A DNA stretch of 60,873 nt, filler included. It is 12 parts of 12 records of this genome, joined end to end, with 100 filler letters (N's around TTAATTAATTAA, not from the genome) between each part and the next. Parts side by side here need not be neighbours in the genome. Positions count along the whole stretch, not along the records: positions 22,820 to 28,238 come from SRR15195285_3936; positions 28,339 to 31,952 come from SRR15195285_3939; positions 32,053 to 36,460 come from SRR15195285_3943; 9 more parts are not named here. One strand, written 5' to 3'. This document shows, piece after piece, positions 23,033-36,560 of this stretch (positions are counted from its first letter, which is position 1; the number at the start of each line of letters is the position of its first letter). The position numbers and the translations under genes are program-made. The notes beneath the pieces were generated by a model. It was not told the DNA's origin. It made no database searches and saw only the letters and a list, made by a program, of their open reading frames with translations.

Positions 23033-26000
23033 ATGGCAGCCGCGTCGCCGCATAAAGGCGCGGCGAGCGTCGGCACGCAGCTCACGGCCATCGTGGTCGA
23101 AGACAGGCACCTCTACGCAGCCGGCGTCGATAGCTCGCTGTGGAGGCGCTCGATCGACAGCCGCGCCGCGGAGTGGGAGAAGATTGGGCAGGCCGTTGAC
23201 GTGATTGCGCTGGCTGCATTCTCTCAGCAAATCTTTGCGCTGGACGGCTCGAGCCTCATTTGGCGCTGGGATCTGTAAGTACTCTCACGAGCACCTGGCC
23301 ATGGCGCGTTCTCTGCCAGTGCCCCGTTCCGACGTCATTGACGCAGCTCATATCTGGATGTCGCGGCGACACAGGCGTGGCGATGGGCAGTGGGAGGCGT
23401 GGAGCGAACCGCCGGCTGAAGTGTACGGCCGCGGGCTCAAGGGGACGCAGTGGGATCGAACCGCGATCGGCGTGACAACGGACGGCCACATGTGGTACGC
23501 CGCCGCTCGTTCCGTGGTACTATTGTTGCAGACAAACGGACCGGTTCTCACACGTCGAGCTGCCACAGGGCGGTGACCGGCACACGCCAGCTTCTTCGCA
23601 CGAACGTGAACGAGCCCGGCGGGGCGTGGACGCCCCTCGGCTCTCGACTGCCGTCGGTCACTGCGATGTCTACTTCCGATACCCGACTGGTCATCACTTG
23701 CGTAGACCTTTCCGTGCAAATCCTAGAGACAGCAATGATTAGCGGCAGCGCGGAGCAGGATCTTCACTGGCAGCCTTTTGGAACCACGCCCTTGCGTGCA
23801 GAACGAGGCATCGCGGCGCACGCACAGTCTATCTACGTCGCAGGGGCAGGTGGGATTCACATAGGTGAGTTCACCATCATGGGCTCGCTTGAGTGGAAAT
23901 CTGAGGTCCCTCTGCCGCCCAATGCGCCCAAAGCTCCACCGCCGCCGGCAGATGTTCTACGTGAAATAGACGGTTGCGTTGGGTGCGGCGTGGACTCGGA
24001 GCCGGAGAAGATGCTGCTCTGCACATCATGCGAGGCAGAATGGCACACCTTCTGCCTCAGGCCACAGCTCACAGAGCCTCCCAAAGGGGTCTGGCGGTGC
24101 GCCGCGTGCAGCGTGAAGCTGGATAGCTCACGGTTGACCCCGGTCAGGAGGCACATGCACGCCGCGTGGGAAGCTGTGCGCGAGTCCAAGAACAAGAAAC
24201 AAAAGCACTCCCGTGCACAGCCTTTCCTTCAGCTGCCCTCGTACACAGAATATCCAGATTACTACGCGACGATTTCAAAACCGATTTCTCTCGCGATGGT
24301 GAAGCGGCGTATAGCTGAGGGCAAGTATAAAGACTGGAGCTCGTTCGCTGAAGCGATGGACCTTGTGTTTGCCAACGCGCGCCAGTATAACCACCCAGAG
24401 TCTGCGGTGGTCGCCGACGCAAATAAGCTGCAGCAGGTTTTCGACAAGTTCAAGCGGAAGGTGCCAGGAGGAACGCAGAGCGCGAGTAGCAAAGCCGCTA
24501 AGCGACCGAGGGACGACGAACTGTCGCACAACACGCTGGATCACACCGCCGGCGAGAAAAAGGCGAAAAAGGAGCGATCGAACAAGAACAACTGGCCTTC
24601 CTCAGACACGGAGGGTGGGTCTCCTCCTCGCCAACCGCAGTTCAGGTCGTTCACCATCGACGAAAAAGGGCCCTTGGGGATCAAGTTCAAGGACGGTGGT
24701 AGCCTTGTCGTCGACAGCGCGAAAGAAGATCGTGTCGCCCATAAGGCCGGTATTCGGGTCGGCATGGAACTGGTTGCTTTCCAAGGCGCTATGGTCTCGG
24801 ACTTCGAAAGCACGATGGTAAAGATCAAGCAGACAACTAGGCCGTGGGAGCTCACCTTCAAAGTGCCGGAGCCTGAGCCCAGAGCGGACAAGAGCCCACC
24901 AGCAGAAGCGTCACCGCAGGCTTCCAAGCCCCGGCTAATATTGTCGGCGCCAGGGACTTCCTCACAAGCTAAGGACCATAAAAGGCGGAAGGAAAAGAAG
25001 GTGAAAAAGGAAAAGAAAGAAAAGAAGGACCGGAAAGAGAAAAAAGCGCGGCTAGAAGAAGTTCCTGGCGCAGAAGGTGCAGCAGAACGCCCTCCACGCC
25101 CGCTTGTGCTGACGAGACCAGCCGAAAGCGAACACATACAATTGTCTCCTCCTCCTCGTGCTACTGAGTGGGTGACTGTTTCGTTGCCTCCGGAGGTCGA
25201 AGCAGGAGAGCCATTCGCGGTAGCAACTGGTGGTGGTCAGCGACAAGTGCTCTTTCCCGTAGGTGGTCAGTCAGGTGACACATGGAAGTTCGAACTCGAC
25301 AAGTTGAACGGCAACGTCGTGACCCAGGTGCAAGTGGAGCTAAGCGAACCGGAAAAGCAACGGCGGGAAGCAGAGCGGGAGGATATCGATCGTGAGGGAG
25401 AGCGCTTTGAAGAGGAGTTGCGCCAGCTAGATGTCGAGGAGAAGATGCACAAACCGAAAGCGCGAATGAGTGCATTCTTCTGGTTCTGTGACGCGCATAG
25501 ACCCAAGGTGGCGGAACAGCTGCCCGGTCGGGTGACTGAACAAAGCAAGATGCTCAGCAAGATGTGGAAAGAGCTTCCAAGAGAAGAGCAGCAAAGGTAT
25601 TATGAAGACTCGGAACGAGACTACGCTCGGCACAAGGCCGAGTCCGCTGCTTGGAAAACCCGGTGGGACAATGAGCGGGAAAACCTTGCCAGTGAGCACC
25701 ACGCGAATATCGAGCAGCTGCGAGATCGACACAAGCGCCAGCGTCGAGGAGAAATTGTGGATGAAGACCCACGAAGCAGCTGGTCCCTACAAACACAGTT
25801 CGACCTCACGTCTACAGCAGATATTGATGAGCATTTAGATCGCAGCAGCCTTACCCGCTGCAGTGTTGGGGATGCTTTGTCAATATACACACATCTTCGC
25901 TCGATGGAGACGGTTTACGGACTGTCCGCCTTTCGGCTACAGGACTTCCTGTGCGGGCTCGCCTCGGGGAGTGAGAATCATCTGCTCTCTGAGATCCATA

Positions 26001-28238
26001 TTTGCCTGCTGAAGGTTCTTAACATCGAAGAGGTCAACGCCGCGTTAGCTGATGATTCTGGAGACAGTGACCATCTCTTGCTCAATTGGTTCTCGGTAAA
26101 CTACCACACGTGGCCTGAGCTTCTTCGGCAGGCATGTGAGTATTATGTCGCCATGCCGCTGGATGAACTTAGCCAGTACCTCTCTCCCGTTTCAGGGCAC
26201 GTTCCGATGGATTTTAAGGATGACTTCGACCAGCGAGAAGCAGACCATTGTATACGCCTACGTGCAGCACAAGAGTTGAAGGAGGAAGCAAAGGCGGTGG
26301 TCAAGAGTCTCTGTGGCGATGAGTACTGGTTGTTGTCACCCACAGCAAAAGTTGAGATACTACGCTTCATCACTGATGTTCTCGTTCAACGAAAGGATGC
26401 CAAGGAGCTCACAAAGAAGCGCTTGGCCGAAATTTATGGGAGGCATCACGTGGACGACTGGACAGGCAAGCTATCGGAGTGCGCGATCTGTGGAGATGGC
26501 GGCGAGATCCTCTGCTGTGACTTCTGCTCAGGTTCTTATCACCTTGCGTGTATTAGACCGGAAATGACGGAAGAACCTCCTGAAGACCAGAAGTGGTTTT
26601 GTCAGTTCTGTTCCATCGAGGATGCGTCGGCCACCAGCTTCACACCACTAGGACAAGCTCACGAAGGTGAACGGTTCTGGTTTGTTGGCGGACACATATT
26701 TGTCGAGGCTTGCGCCACTGGGCAGTTTACACCACGTACAAAACGTGAGATATCGGACCTATTGAGCCGCCTGAAGAATATTAGGTCAGCAAAACGTTTG
26801 CACAAAGCCCTCAAGGACAGGTTTCAGCACTTGTCAGAAGTGCCTATTCCGAACGAGATGTGCAAGGCGCTGAATGGGTTGTCGAAGGAACTGGTACCAG
26901 TATGCAGTGCTCCTTCACCAGAGCTGCAGAACGTGTCGTGTCGATACCTTCGGCCGGAAGCACCTCCTAAACATACCATCCACTGGGACTTCTCGCCAGA
27001 AACTGGTGGCGCGTGGTATTGGGCCGAAACCGAGGAAGGCAAGTCACAATGGACGAATCCAAGGCGCACCAAAGTGGACCACATGCCTCTTGCAGTGCAC
27101 GGTGTAGAATTCGCGCCAAATATGTACACCAAGGACTACAGGAATAACGCAAACAAGTTCTCCAAGATCCATTACGAATTTCCCGCAGGATCTCGTCCAG
27201 CCGGCAAAGCCGACAATACTAGCGTTTCTGAGAATACGGTCGAACAGCTGGGGAAAAACATCACGTTCGTCAACTCAAGCACGTGGTCGCAGTGGGAAGA
27301 TCTGCATCTACTGCTTCTGATAAGGAGAGATGGAGTCGGAGACTGGGGATTAAAGGCAGCACAGCTGGGTGGCAAACGGAGCGCTGGCGCAGTCCACCGT
27401 CATTATGCCAGGATGGAGTCAGGCAACGGTGCGAAGATAGCCTTACCACAGAAAGAGAAATTGCTTCTGATCAAAGATCGCTCGCCGCAATTGTCTTTTG
27501 GTGAGACCAAAAGGCATCGCCAGGACACAGCCCCAGCGTCGTTGCTACATACGACGCGTCAGTTGCTGGCAGTCGAGTCGGCAATTCCGCAGGCCTTCCT
27601 AGCGAATGGCTCGTGGGGCGAAGCACGTGGAGGGTGGGTTGCGGCTGTGCACGCCGCTCGAAATGGCAAAGCTGTGGCGATGCTCTTGGAACAGCTAGAG
27701 GCTGCCATTCCTCCGGCACTGTTCGTGGATGGATGGAAAGATGCACCTGGATTGGTGCATAACCGGCACGTCCAGCAGGTCAAGACCCTGGTCGACATGC
27801 CCCAACGACGAAAGACAACGCGGAAGACTCCCAAGGAGCTGAAGGAGTTGCGGCGGTTGAAAATGGAAAAGCTGGAGGCAGCACAGAAGGCTGCGGATGA
27901 ACGCAGGAGAGCGCAATTGGGCGTGCGGAGGCAGATGGCACAGGGAAAAGGTTCGTACCGACAGGATTCGCGAGAGTCCGGGCAAGCTAGGGGCAAGAAC
28001 TCGGCCTGGACCGTAGAAGAGATGGAGCTTCTGTTGGCGCTGGTAGAGAAGCATGGCATGGGAAACTGGGAGATCGTAGCAGCTGGACTCACCGGCGATC
28101 GGTCTGTCGGTTCGATCACACAGAAATACTATAAGATTACTCGCGGCGACGGTGCGAGGGGCAGAAGGACGAAGCGTACTGAGCGCACGTCAAGCAACTC
28201 CACTTCGACGGCGCAGCAGCAGCAGCAGCAGCAGCAGC
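23033..28238 (+). CDS. BAZ/ACF1/BPTF-like chromatin reader: propeller-like N-terminus, PHD, bromo, PDZ, HMG box, DDT, WHIM1, PHD, WW-like, two Myb/SANT; 3'-truncated
   Basis: PHD CVGC...LLCTSCEAEWHTFCLRP...WRCAAC; bromo PFLQLP...PDYYATISKPISL...NARQYN; HMG PKARMSAFFWFCDAHRP; DDT DALSIYTHLRSM...LSAFRLQDF...LLSEIHICLL; WHIM1 EYWLLSPTAKVEILRFI; PHD CAICGDGGEILCCDFCSGSYHLAC; Myb WTVEEMELLLALVEKHGMGNWEIVA. Two short 5' introns link the 23033 exon to the long ORF. Confidence 0.85.
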
Positions 28239-28430
28239 NNNNNNNNNNNNNNNNNNNNNNNNNNNNNNNNNNNNNNNNNNNNTTAATTAATTAANNNNNN
28301 NNNNNNNNNNNNNNNNNNNNNNNNNNNNNNNNNNNNNNAGTCATCGGTGTTTTAACAGGGACGTGTAGCTGTTCGTTCGCGCTCGCCGGCCCGGCGCGGC
28401 GCCCTGTGACGGAGGGGCTACGTGACATAG

Positions 28431-30931
28431 ATGCTCAAGCTCTTGTGTGGGACAACACTGTGGGCCGCCAGCGACGTGGCAACGGCGCCGCCGGGTGTGC
28501 CGCTGAAGGCCTTCTACGACGCCAAACTCGAGGACAATCTTGTGGGGGGCACCTCCGCCACGTTCGCGCAGGCCGCGGCGCAGGGGTACCAAGACATCAA
28601 CTCCCCACCTCACGCGCCGAACGATGGGATAATCATGAGCAACGCCAGTGGCGCGGCGCCAACGGGTGCCGTGCAGCTGCAGCACTGGTACAGCGCGGAG
28701 CGCCACGACTCTTTGACGTTCTCCTCCGCTGCCGCACTGGCGGCCGCCAAGCAGGCCGGCTACAAATTCGTCCGGAATGAAGGCTTCGTCTTCAAGAAGC
28801 CAACCGGCACGGCCCAGACGGAGCTTCGACTGTACTGGTCTGCCCAGCGCAACGATCACTTCCTCGTCCCTGCAGACACCGTGCACGAGAAGGACGCGCT
28901 GGCGGGTGGCTACGCGAGGCAGAGCATTGAGGGGTATTGCGTGGGCCCTCCCCCGCCCCCGCCACCTCCCCCACCTGCGTGGACGGTCTGGCCATCTAAG
29001 GTCCCCAAAGGTGGCGACGGTGGTGGGGTGTCTCCATTCGAAGCCTCAGCCGATCTCACTGGGTTTGAGTATTGGTCAGGAGGTGCGAACATCGTCACTG
29101 GCACAGGAGCAGACACGTGGTATCCGAGCTGGAGCGCGTCAGGCTCCCTGTACACGACTTTCACGGACGGTACCGTCACTGATTCTGCCACCCACAAGCC
29201 AGTCTCGTCGTCGTCTTGTGGTCCGTGCCACAAGAACAACGGCTCCTTCATTACACAAGGACAGGCTCGCGTGGTGCCGAGCAAGCCGAGTAGTCCTCTC
29301 AATTCGTCGGTCACGGGGGTAGTCGACGTGACTCTCTTCAACTGCTCGGCGCTACCATATCAGGGGCGATATCCTTCCGGCTCGCTCTACTACAAAGGTG
29401 TGCGGACAATCAAGCCAACAGGAACCTTTCGCCTCTGGTCCGCACATTCTCGCCATGTGAGCAGCGTGCACCGTGTGCTTTTTCTGCCCTGTCCTTGTCG
29501 CCTGCACAGATGTCTGGTATTACGGCTCGTACTCGTTGGCGGAGCTTAACGGCAATGAGCAGTACCCATGTGGAAACTGGTGCGTGCAAGGACCGTTCGT
29601 CGGCTTCCGGCACTCAATAGACAACGGCGTGAGCTGGGTCGAGCCACGTATCGAAATGGCGAAGGATTTCGATACATACAAGGCTGCGGACAACATCTTC
29701 GCCGAAAAGGGGCCTGTCTGCGAGGATGGTCAGATTTCTGGTGCCCCGCAGTACTCATGCAACGGGACGTGGAAAGGCAAAGTGAAGTTTGGCGCCCCGC
29801 ATGTGGTGCGTAGCTGTGGTTTATCGATTCTACGCTCACAAAGGGTGTGCAAATGTTCATCGGCAAGCTCGTTGTGCGTGCACATTTCTCAATGGTAGGT
29901 TGACCTCGGTGAGGAGCTCGAGCATCAGCCAGAAAAGGATGGGATCAAGCGCGCCTACATGGTGGGACATGGTGCAGACAAGGAATATCAGCCACAGTCC
30001 TGGATGCATGGCAGTCAGGTTTACATGTCACGGACAAAGGCGGAGGTGTCTCCGGAGGTGATGGCAAGTGGCACAAACTGGGAATTCTTTGGCGGATATG
30101 AGGAAGATGAAGCCGATTCGACTGGGAGCACTAGTGACATTGGCACTTCTACCGCAAAGTGGGTAGACAATGTCGCTGACGCTGCTCCGATCTTCACGTG
30201 GGAGAACCGCACTGGCGTTGTTACGATGACCTATATGCCTGCAGTGAAGAAGTATATCATGGTCGTAAGCACATGTACCTGGGCGAACGGCACAAAGAGC
30301 ACTGTCGGACCTTTCGACACGTATTTTCTGGTGAAAGCGAAAAACACCGCCAGTTTAATGGTTGCAGCTTCCGATTTTCGAATACATATATCCCGGAGCG
30401 TAACCACGATTTTGAAATTCTCGATGCCGTGTGGCGGAGCAGGAGTCAGATTTTATAACAGGCCCGTTCAAGATCATCTCGTGCGTCGAAAGCGGAACCA
30501 TTTGCTGTACTCTAGTGCTCGACTTCTCGACTACTCTACTAGCCTCTATAGAGCTACCATTGAAGCTACATTCAGCTTTACAGAACGCTTACCATCTGGA
30601 ACATTTCTGCGGCTGCTGCAGATACCTGGCAGAGTTTGGGCCAGAGTCATACTTCGTCAACATTCCAAGCTCGATGCTCGATGAAAAGGGAGGCGGCTTC
30701 CTTTCCTACTCGGCTAATTTCGCGTAAGTATGGCGCCTAGTCTCAACACACACGATCTACATTATCTGAAGCCTCGTGCATTGGCGCCTCATAGCATGCT
30801 GTTTGCGTTTGTTCCAACGCAGTTTCCACCAAGGGCACAACCCACTCAACAGTCAGTACACGTGGGACCTCCTACCTTTCCGCTTCAAGACTGGCAGCAT
30901 CACCGGTGCTGAAACAACAAACCTAGTCTGA
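28431..30931 (+). CDS. Secreted protein: DUF5648-like repeats, poly-Pro linker and DUF4185-like beta-propeller (putative glycoside hydrolase), multi-exon
   Basis: Signal-like N-terminus; repeats LQHWYSAERHDS...GYKFVRNEGFVF and LRLYWSAQRNDHF...GYARQSIEGY; then GADTWYPSW...LYTTFTDG, YQGRYPSGSLYYK, QGPFVGFRHSID, KVKFGAPHV, YLAEFGPESYFVNIPS. Confidence 0.7.
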
Positions 30932-31369
30932 GACAATGTCATGTCCTAGCATGAAATTGCATGCATTCGGTTGTTTTTCGCACGATGCGCACTAACCCTG
31001 GGCACTAATACTTCGGCTACTGACGGTATAGCTGTCCATTATCGTTTGCCACCTCCCAAGAGTCAGAATGCCTCGAATGCCTCAGTACGTTCCTGCGCAC
31101 GGTCGCGACAACTCGGCGATCTCCAACTCGAGAGCGTCGCGCGAGAGCTCTAGATCTATCTGCTACCGACGAACAGAAAACGGACGTTGTTTGATTCGTT
31201 CCCGGCGCGGGTACAAAACCGAGTGTACTACTAACTAGGTACCCTAGGTAGCCCGGCGGAGGACCGACTGGGTACTGGTAATCGACGTAGTGGACCGCTC
31301 TGACCACGTCGAGTCGTCGGCACTGTTTTTCCATTCATAATTCCATAGGTAAATACTAGGAACTTCCTA

Positions 31370-31952
31370 CTAGTACCACCGGTAGTAGGTAAATTTGTTC
31401 TGAAATTCCACTGTTGTTTCGCACTCCCCTGTTTTCCATTCAGATCCTAGAATGTGTGGGACAAAAAGAAGGGCAAATGTGAACAGAAGTGGACCGCCGA
31501 TGGCAACCAGAGCAAGTACAAAGTAGGCGATATCGCGCGGAAGATCTCGGCACAGCTCAGTAGACAGCCCGCCCGCCACGCTTGCCTGTACGCCCCGCGC
31601 GCCTAGACCCTCCTTCCGGTGTAGCCTGTCTCACTGGAGACGCAGGGCGGGATGCTCCCTGCGGTTCATGTTCGAGCTCCACGTCGGGCTCAGCCGGCAC
31701 AGCAGGAGTTGGCTCATCGCATCGCTCGGGTGATGAACGACGCGAGTGATCGAGCTTGCGCTGTCTGCGTTCCGCCAGCTTCTGCTCCAGGTCTACCGTG
31801 GTAGTCAAGTCAACGACTGTAAGTGGCTCTTCGCTGGAATGCTTGACCTGCTCAAGTGCTCGGCGTTGCTCCGCTTCAGTCAACGATGCGAACTCGCGCT
31901 CAGCCGTGTTTTGACGCTTCAACTGCTGCTCCGGCTCCGGCTCCGGCTCCGG
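31370..31952 (-). CDS. Possible hypothetical membrane protein fragment (EP repeat, coiled region, TM helix)
   Basis: Starts in (EP)n at the contig end; TM-like IAYFVLALVAIGGPLLFTFALLFVP lies in a different frame and the join is unresolved. Confidence 0.35.
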
Positions 31953-32228
31953 NNNNNNNNNNNNNNNNNNNNNNNNNNNNNNNNNNNNNNNNNNNNTTAA
32001 TTAATTAANNNNNNNNNNNNNNNNNNNNNNNNNNNNNNNNNNNNNNNNNNNNGGAATCACAGTCAATTGTATTGTAGCCTCAGCAGTCAGCACCTGCCTG
32101 CATGGGGCGCCGGACTACTGAGCAACTGGGTCCAGTTGAGAGTTGCATGTCGCGCGTACGCGGGGATTTGCCAGTACCATACTGTACAGTAGCAGCGCGC
32201 CCGGGCCGGCTTGGGGAGCCTGGGATCG

Positions 32229-33046
32229 ATGCCGACCACCACCATCACGACGAACCGAGCTGGAGGTACGCAAACCACAACAGTCGTCGTCGGCAACAGA
32301 AAAGCTACGACCGTCATTGTGCGGTCGCCGGTGGGGGACGAGGAGGGTGCACCACCACCACCAGTGGTGTGTTCTGCGGCGGCGATACAAGACGAGCGTC
32401 ACGGATTCTGCGTCCCATACGAGGTCAGGCAGTCGAGCATTGCTGGCCTAGGTATCTTCGCTACTGAACCCATATCTCGTGGAACGCTAATATGGAAGTA
32501 CAGCGCCAAGATCGTAAAGGAGCATCCTGACGAGGCGTCGTTGCTCGCATCGCTTGATTCGCTGCCATCTGACGCGGAGCGACTGGAGCTGCTCGAGCAT
32601 GTGTATGGCTGGAACGGGTGCATCCACGAAATCTTGGACGATGGTAAATACTGGAATCATGGCACGCTCGAAAAAGGCCAAAACACAGGAGACCATCCCG
32701 ATGGCAGCCCACCGGGCGATGGCGTGAGCAGCTACGCGCTATGTGAGTACTCTCAGCGATTACTAGCTTTAGACTCTGATGATCTGCTCAGACCTGATGG
32801 AAAATTTTCAGTTCATATTCATCAGCAGCATCTCCAGCGCGTGTGGTTGTCCTTGGCACGAACTAGCGCCTACTGCAAAGGAGCATCTCTAACATGCAGT
32901 CGTCTGACTGGGTCGCAGGTGATATCCCGGCGGGAGCAGAGCTGCTGGACGACTATTCGAGCTATGATGAGTTGCCGTGGTTTGAATCTCTGTGTGCACA
33001 GTACGGAGCTGCATCGTGCAACACTGTAGGCAACACTCACCGGTAG
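32229..33046 (+). CDS. Small stand-alone SET-domain protein, 2 exons
   Basis: YEVRQSSIAGLGIFATEPISRGTLIW, DDGKYWNHG; after a GTGAGT...CAG intron, SYALCDIPAGAELLDDY (ELxxDY SET motif). Confidence 0.82.
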
Positions 33047-33127
33047 TAGGAAGCAAGCTGGGAGGTGGTTCAAAATCAACACAGAATGGCGATGTTCTGT
33101 ATATTGACAGGCTGTTCATTGAAACTC

Positions 33128-36100
33128 TTAGTTAAGTGTAATCTCTGCGCCTGCGTACCGTTTGCTCTGCTGTTCCAGCGCGGATAGATTGTCTTCCCAC
33201 TCCCACGCTGATTTGCGTGTGCTAACTCGGCCCCTTGCAAACGATCGTGCACGCGTCAGCTGCGTCAGACCCACACCTCTGCCCCGCAGCTCTCCCCAGC
33301 TGCCCGTGGCGGCACGCAGTGAGCCAGCGGAGGCTGGGCGGCGTGAACCCTGACGCCGGTTCTGTCGGCGCCGGGAGCGCTCAGCTGCTGCGCTGGTCAT
33401 AGTCATGTTCGTACCAGCAGTTCCTATAGATGACGACCAAGACAACTGATCATCACTATTCAAGGAGAAAGCGCTCCGACTCATGAGAGATTTGTCCACC
33501 TCGACCGGGCCTCTGCTCGTCCTGCTAGTACTTGCTACAGCCCGTGAGGTGATCCCAGCTGACAACGAGCTAGCTGCTGCTGATGGTGGCCTCTGATATG
33601 TGCCGCGATGTCCCATGTTGTCGGTAGCATAGTTGGAATTGCCACAAGCGCTGGTTGATGGGGAAGACGTAGCTGTGGCTTCCTGCACAAAAGAGTCGAG
33701 CAGTGAGTGGGTGTCTGCCGTAGCGTTCCCTCCCTTGCTAAGAGCTAGCAAAGCACCGCTTGACCTTGATGGGCGACCTGCACGACCTCCACTCTGCTGC
33801 TCCATTGCCAGCTCCCAGCTGCGGTTCAACAAGCCACCCATTTCTGCTTTCTTTGCGCCGCTGGAACCTCCTGCACCTGATCGAGCCGATGCAGGCCTAC
33901 CGTACACGCTGGTATCTGATGCACTTGCGCTGACTTGTCGCGGCGCTGCCGATTTCGGTCGTTTTGAAAGCCCATTGCCGCCGCTAGCATTTTCGATTCC
34001 AGTAGTCGTCGTCCTGGATGCAGCAGCTGCCGAGGCGGGCCGTCGTACTGAGTAGGTCAGCATCGCGCGACCTTTCTCATCTACCAGCCTTTCAGTGGCG
34101 GTGTTTGGGTTACCGCTCAATCCTCCCTCTTCCCACTCGTACCTGCAAGCAGTTTCAGTTCACAGTGCATTATCATGAAAAAGCACCAGATGGTTCTGTT
34201 CGATCAATGAAACGCTTTCCAAATGTTCGTTCAAATGAGGCGCTACAAGAATTATTGTGTCTGCACGTACTCCATTTCACCGTTCATCACTCTCCCCTGG
34301 TCGTTGTGGACGTACGGCGCAACGTCTGAGAAATTATAATATTGTTGAGTGCCAGAAGTCAGCTTCACCTTGATCCCCGGTGCGCTCCCATCTGAACCAG
34401 GTCGTACTCGGATGTTGACCACCGTCCCGCTCTGCTCAGAGCAAGGCACCAAGCCAGACTGATGAGCATTAAATACTGTATTTCAACTTGTCAATAAACC
34501 TCCCTAGTCATCTCTTGGAACATCGAGTCAACGTACCTGCGTGAAGCTTGCATCCCCTGCGCCGTCTCCAATCGCCACGAGCGCCTCTGCATTGCACCAA
34601 CCTCGTGAACACCGAATTCGATTGACCCCCTCCTCGTAAGCATCTTCGAGCTCAGTGATTTCTTCGTTAGGCGCGAGCTTCCCCAGAACTGTAGCGTCGC
34701 TGGCTGGACCCTGGCGCAGCGTTGCAGCCACAGTCGCGCGGAATCGACGCTTTCCGGCCGGTCGCACGCGAACCCGCATACCGATAAAAAAGTCGTTTGC
34801 AGCCTTCTTTGCCGCCGCCATCAGTGCATCCATTTTCATCTGGGCATCTCGCTCTGCTTTCTGCTGCTGCGCGAGCTTCACTGCAGCCTCACGCTTCTGC
34901 GTCTTCTCTTCCTCAATCTCCGCCCACCGTGCTTGCTTTGCAGCCTCCTTCGCGTCTATCTCTGCTTGCCTTCTGGCCTCCACCTGCATGACCCACGCAA
35001 CGAGATCATACAACAAATGATGAACATGACGCAGCTTGAGTTGCAGCGGGTCAAATGGAATGGTGTGATGGTGTTTGGCGGCGCCGATCGATGGCTGAGT
35101 GTCGTTGGTCTGCGCGGCATACACGCACCTCGGCAACACGCGCAGCCATTGCGTCGGTCTGTGCCTTAACTCTGCACATTTTTGCAGCAAGCTGATGCAT
35201 CTCAACCTCTGTTTCGGACAACAGCGGTTTCTTCACCTGCAGTTCTGCTGCCGCATCGATACCGCTCGTCTTTGCGGCCTTTAGTTGCTCTTCGTAGCTT
35301 TGGCGAGTCTCTGTAGCGTCAGCAAGCTTAGCTGCAAGCCCCTTTGCCTCGAGCTCGCACTGGATGAGCGCGGCCTCTGACTCCAGCCGTTTGATTGATG
35401 CTGTCATGGCAGTGTGCTCTTCCTCAGCGATCGTGAGCGCCCATTCCATCTCTCCCATCTCGCGGCGAAGAGTCAGCAGTTGCAGCTTGACTACCTCGGG
35501 ACCTGAGCGCGCGCGGTTCGCATCTGCTTTCAGATTTTGCTGCTGCTGAGCGTAGTCGCTGCCGCTACTCTGCACACTAGCGCTGGCGCTACCGTCAACG
35601 CCTGTTCCGTTATCCTCAGAATTGATATCAGCCTTGCTTTCAGTGCCTTCATTGCCTGCAGCCTCTGCCTCTGTTGCTACCAGCGGACCGTCTAGCTCGT
35701 ATAGATTCAAGTGTGCCGACAGGGTGAGATCGTCCGAGTACTGCAGTCGCACAGCAATATCATCGTTGAGAAGCACGCCCGATTTGACCTGCCCAACGCG
35801 GCCCTGGACCGCAGCCCATTGCCCCTGCATCGCACGCGCCTGCTTGGCCAGCGAGAGCTGCGTGCGAAAGTTCTCGCTCTCAACCCGCTGCGCATCGGAT
35901 ATGCTGCGCGGTAGCCCGCACGTGTCACAGCAGGTGTCCGGCCCATCGTCCGCAGTTACGACATGTGCCGAGAGGCAGGACTCACACATCCACTGCTTGC
36001 GCGCCCGCTCAAGTTGTGCTCGTTCGAACTCAAGTTGTTCAAGCCTGACTGCTGTCAGCTCCATCCGATGTGCTATGTCATGCATGGTCTGCGACGAGGT

Positions 36101-36460
36101 GTCAACCCTATCGCGCGCCTCGCAAAGCTGCGCGCGATTTTGCTCAGCGGCTACCTCGCTGTCACCCATGATGTAGATGATGTATGATGTCTCAGCGCCT
36201 GCCAACTGCCGTTTGATCTCAGCCCGCGCGCTCTGCAGCTGCTGCTTGAGGTACTCCTCATTCTCCTTCGCCCAAGTGAGTGTTGCTTTGAGCCACGTCA
36301 CGTCGGCCTCGCTCTTCTCAATCTGAGCCCCCAAGTCAAGAACGCGCTGCCCGAGCGCACGATACGAAGCTGCGGCCGCCCTCGGCAAATAACTGAATAT
36401 CGGGTCGACCTCAACCTCATCGAACCTCGCCTCCGGCTCGGGCTCGGGCTCCGGCTCCGG
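33128..36460 (-). CDS. Coiled-coil protein with RanBP2-like zinc finger, SH3-like domain and S/R-rich tail; 5'-truncated, multi-exon
   Basis: Consecutive minus-strand ORFs (445, 225, 66, 330 aa); WMCESC...CDTCGLPR; ATLRQGPASDATVLGKL...RIRCSRGWCN; repeated RPxSA motifs in the tail. Confidence 0.6.
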
Positions 36461-36560
36461 NNNNNNNNNNNNNNNNNNNNNNNNNNNNNNNNNNNNNNNN
36501 NNNNTTAATTAATTAANNNNNNNNNNNNNNNNNNNNNNNNNNNNNNNNNNNNNNNNNNNN

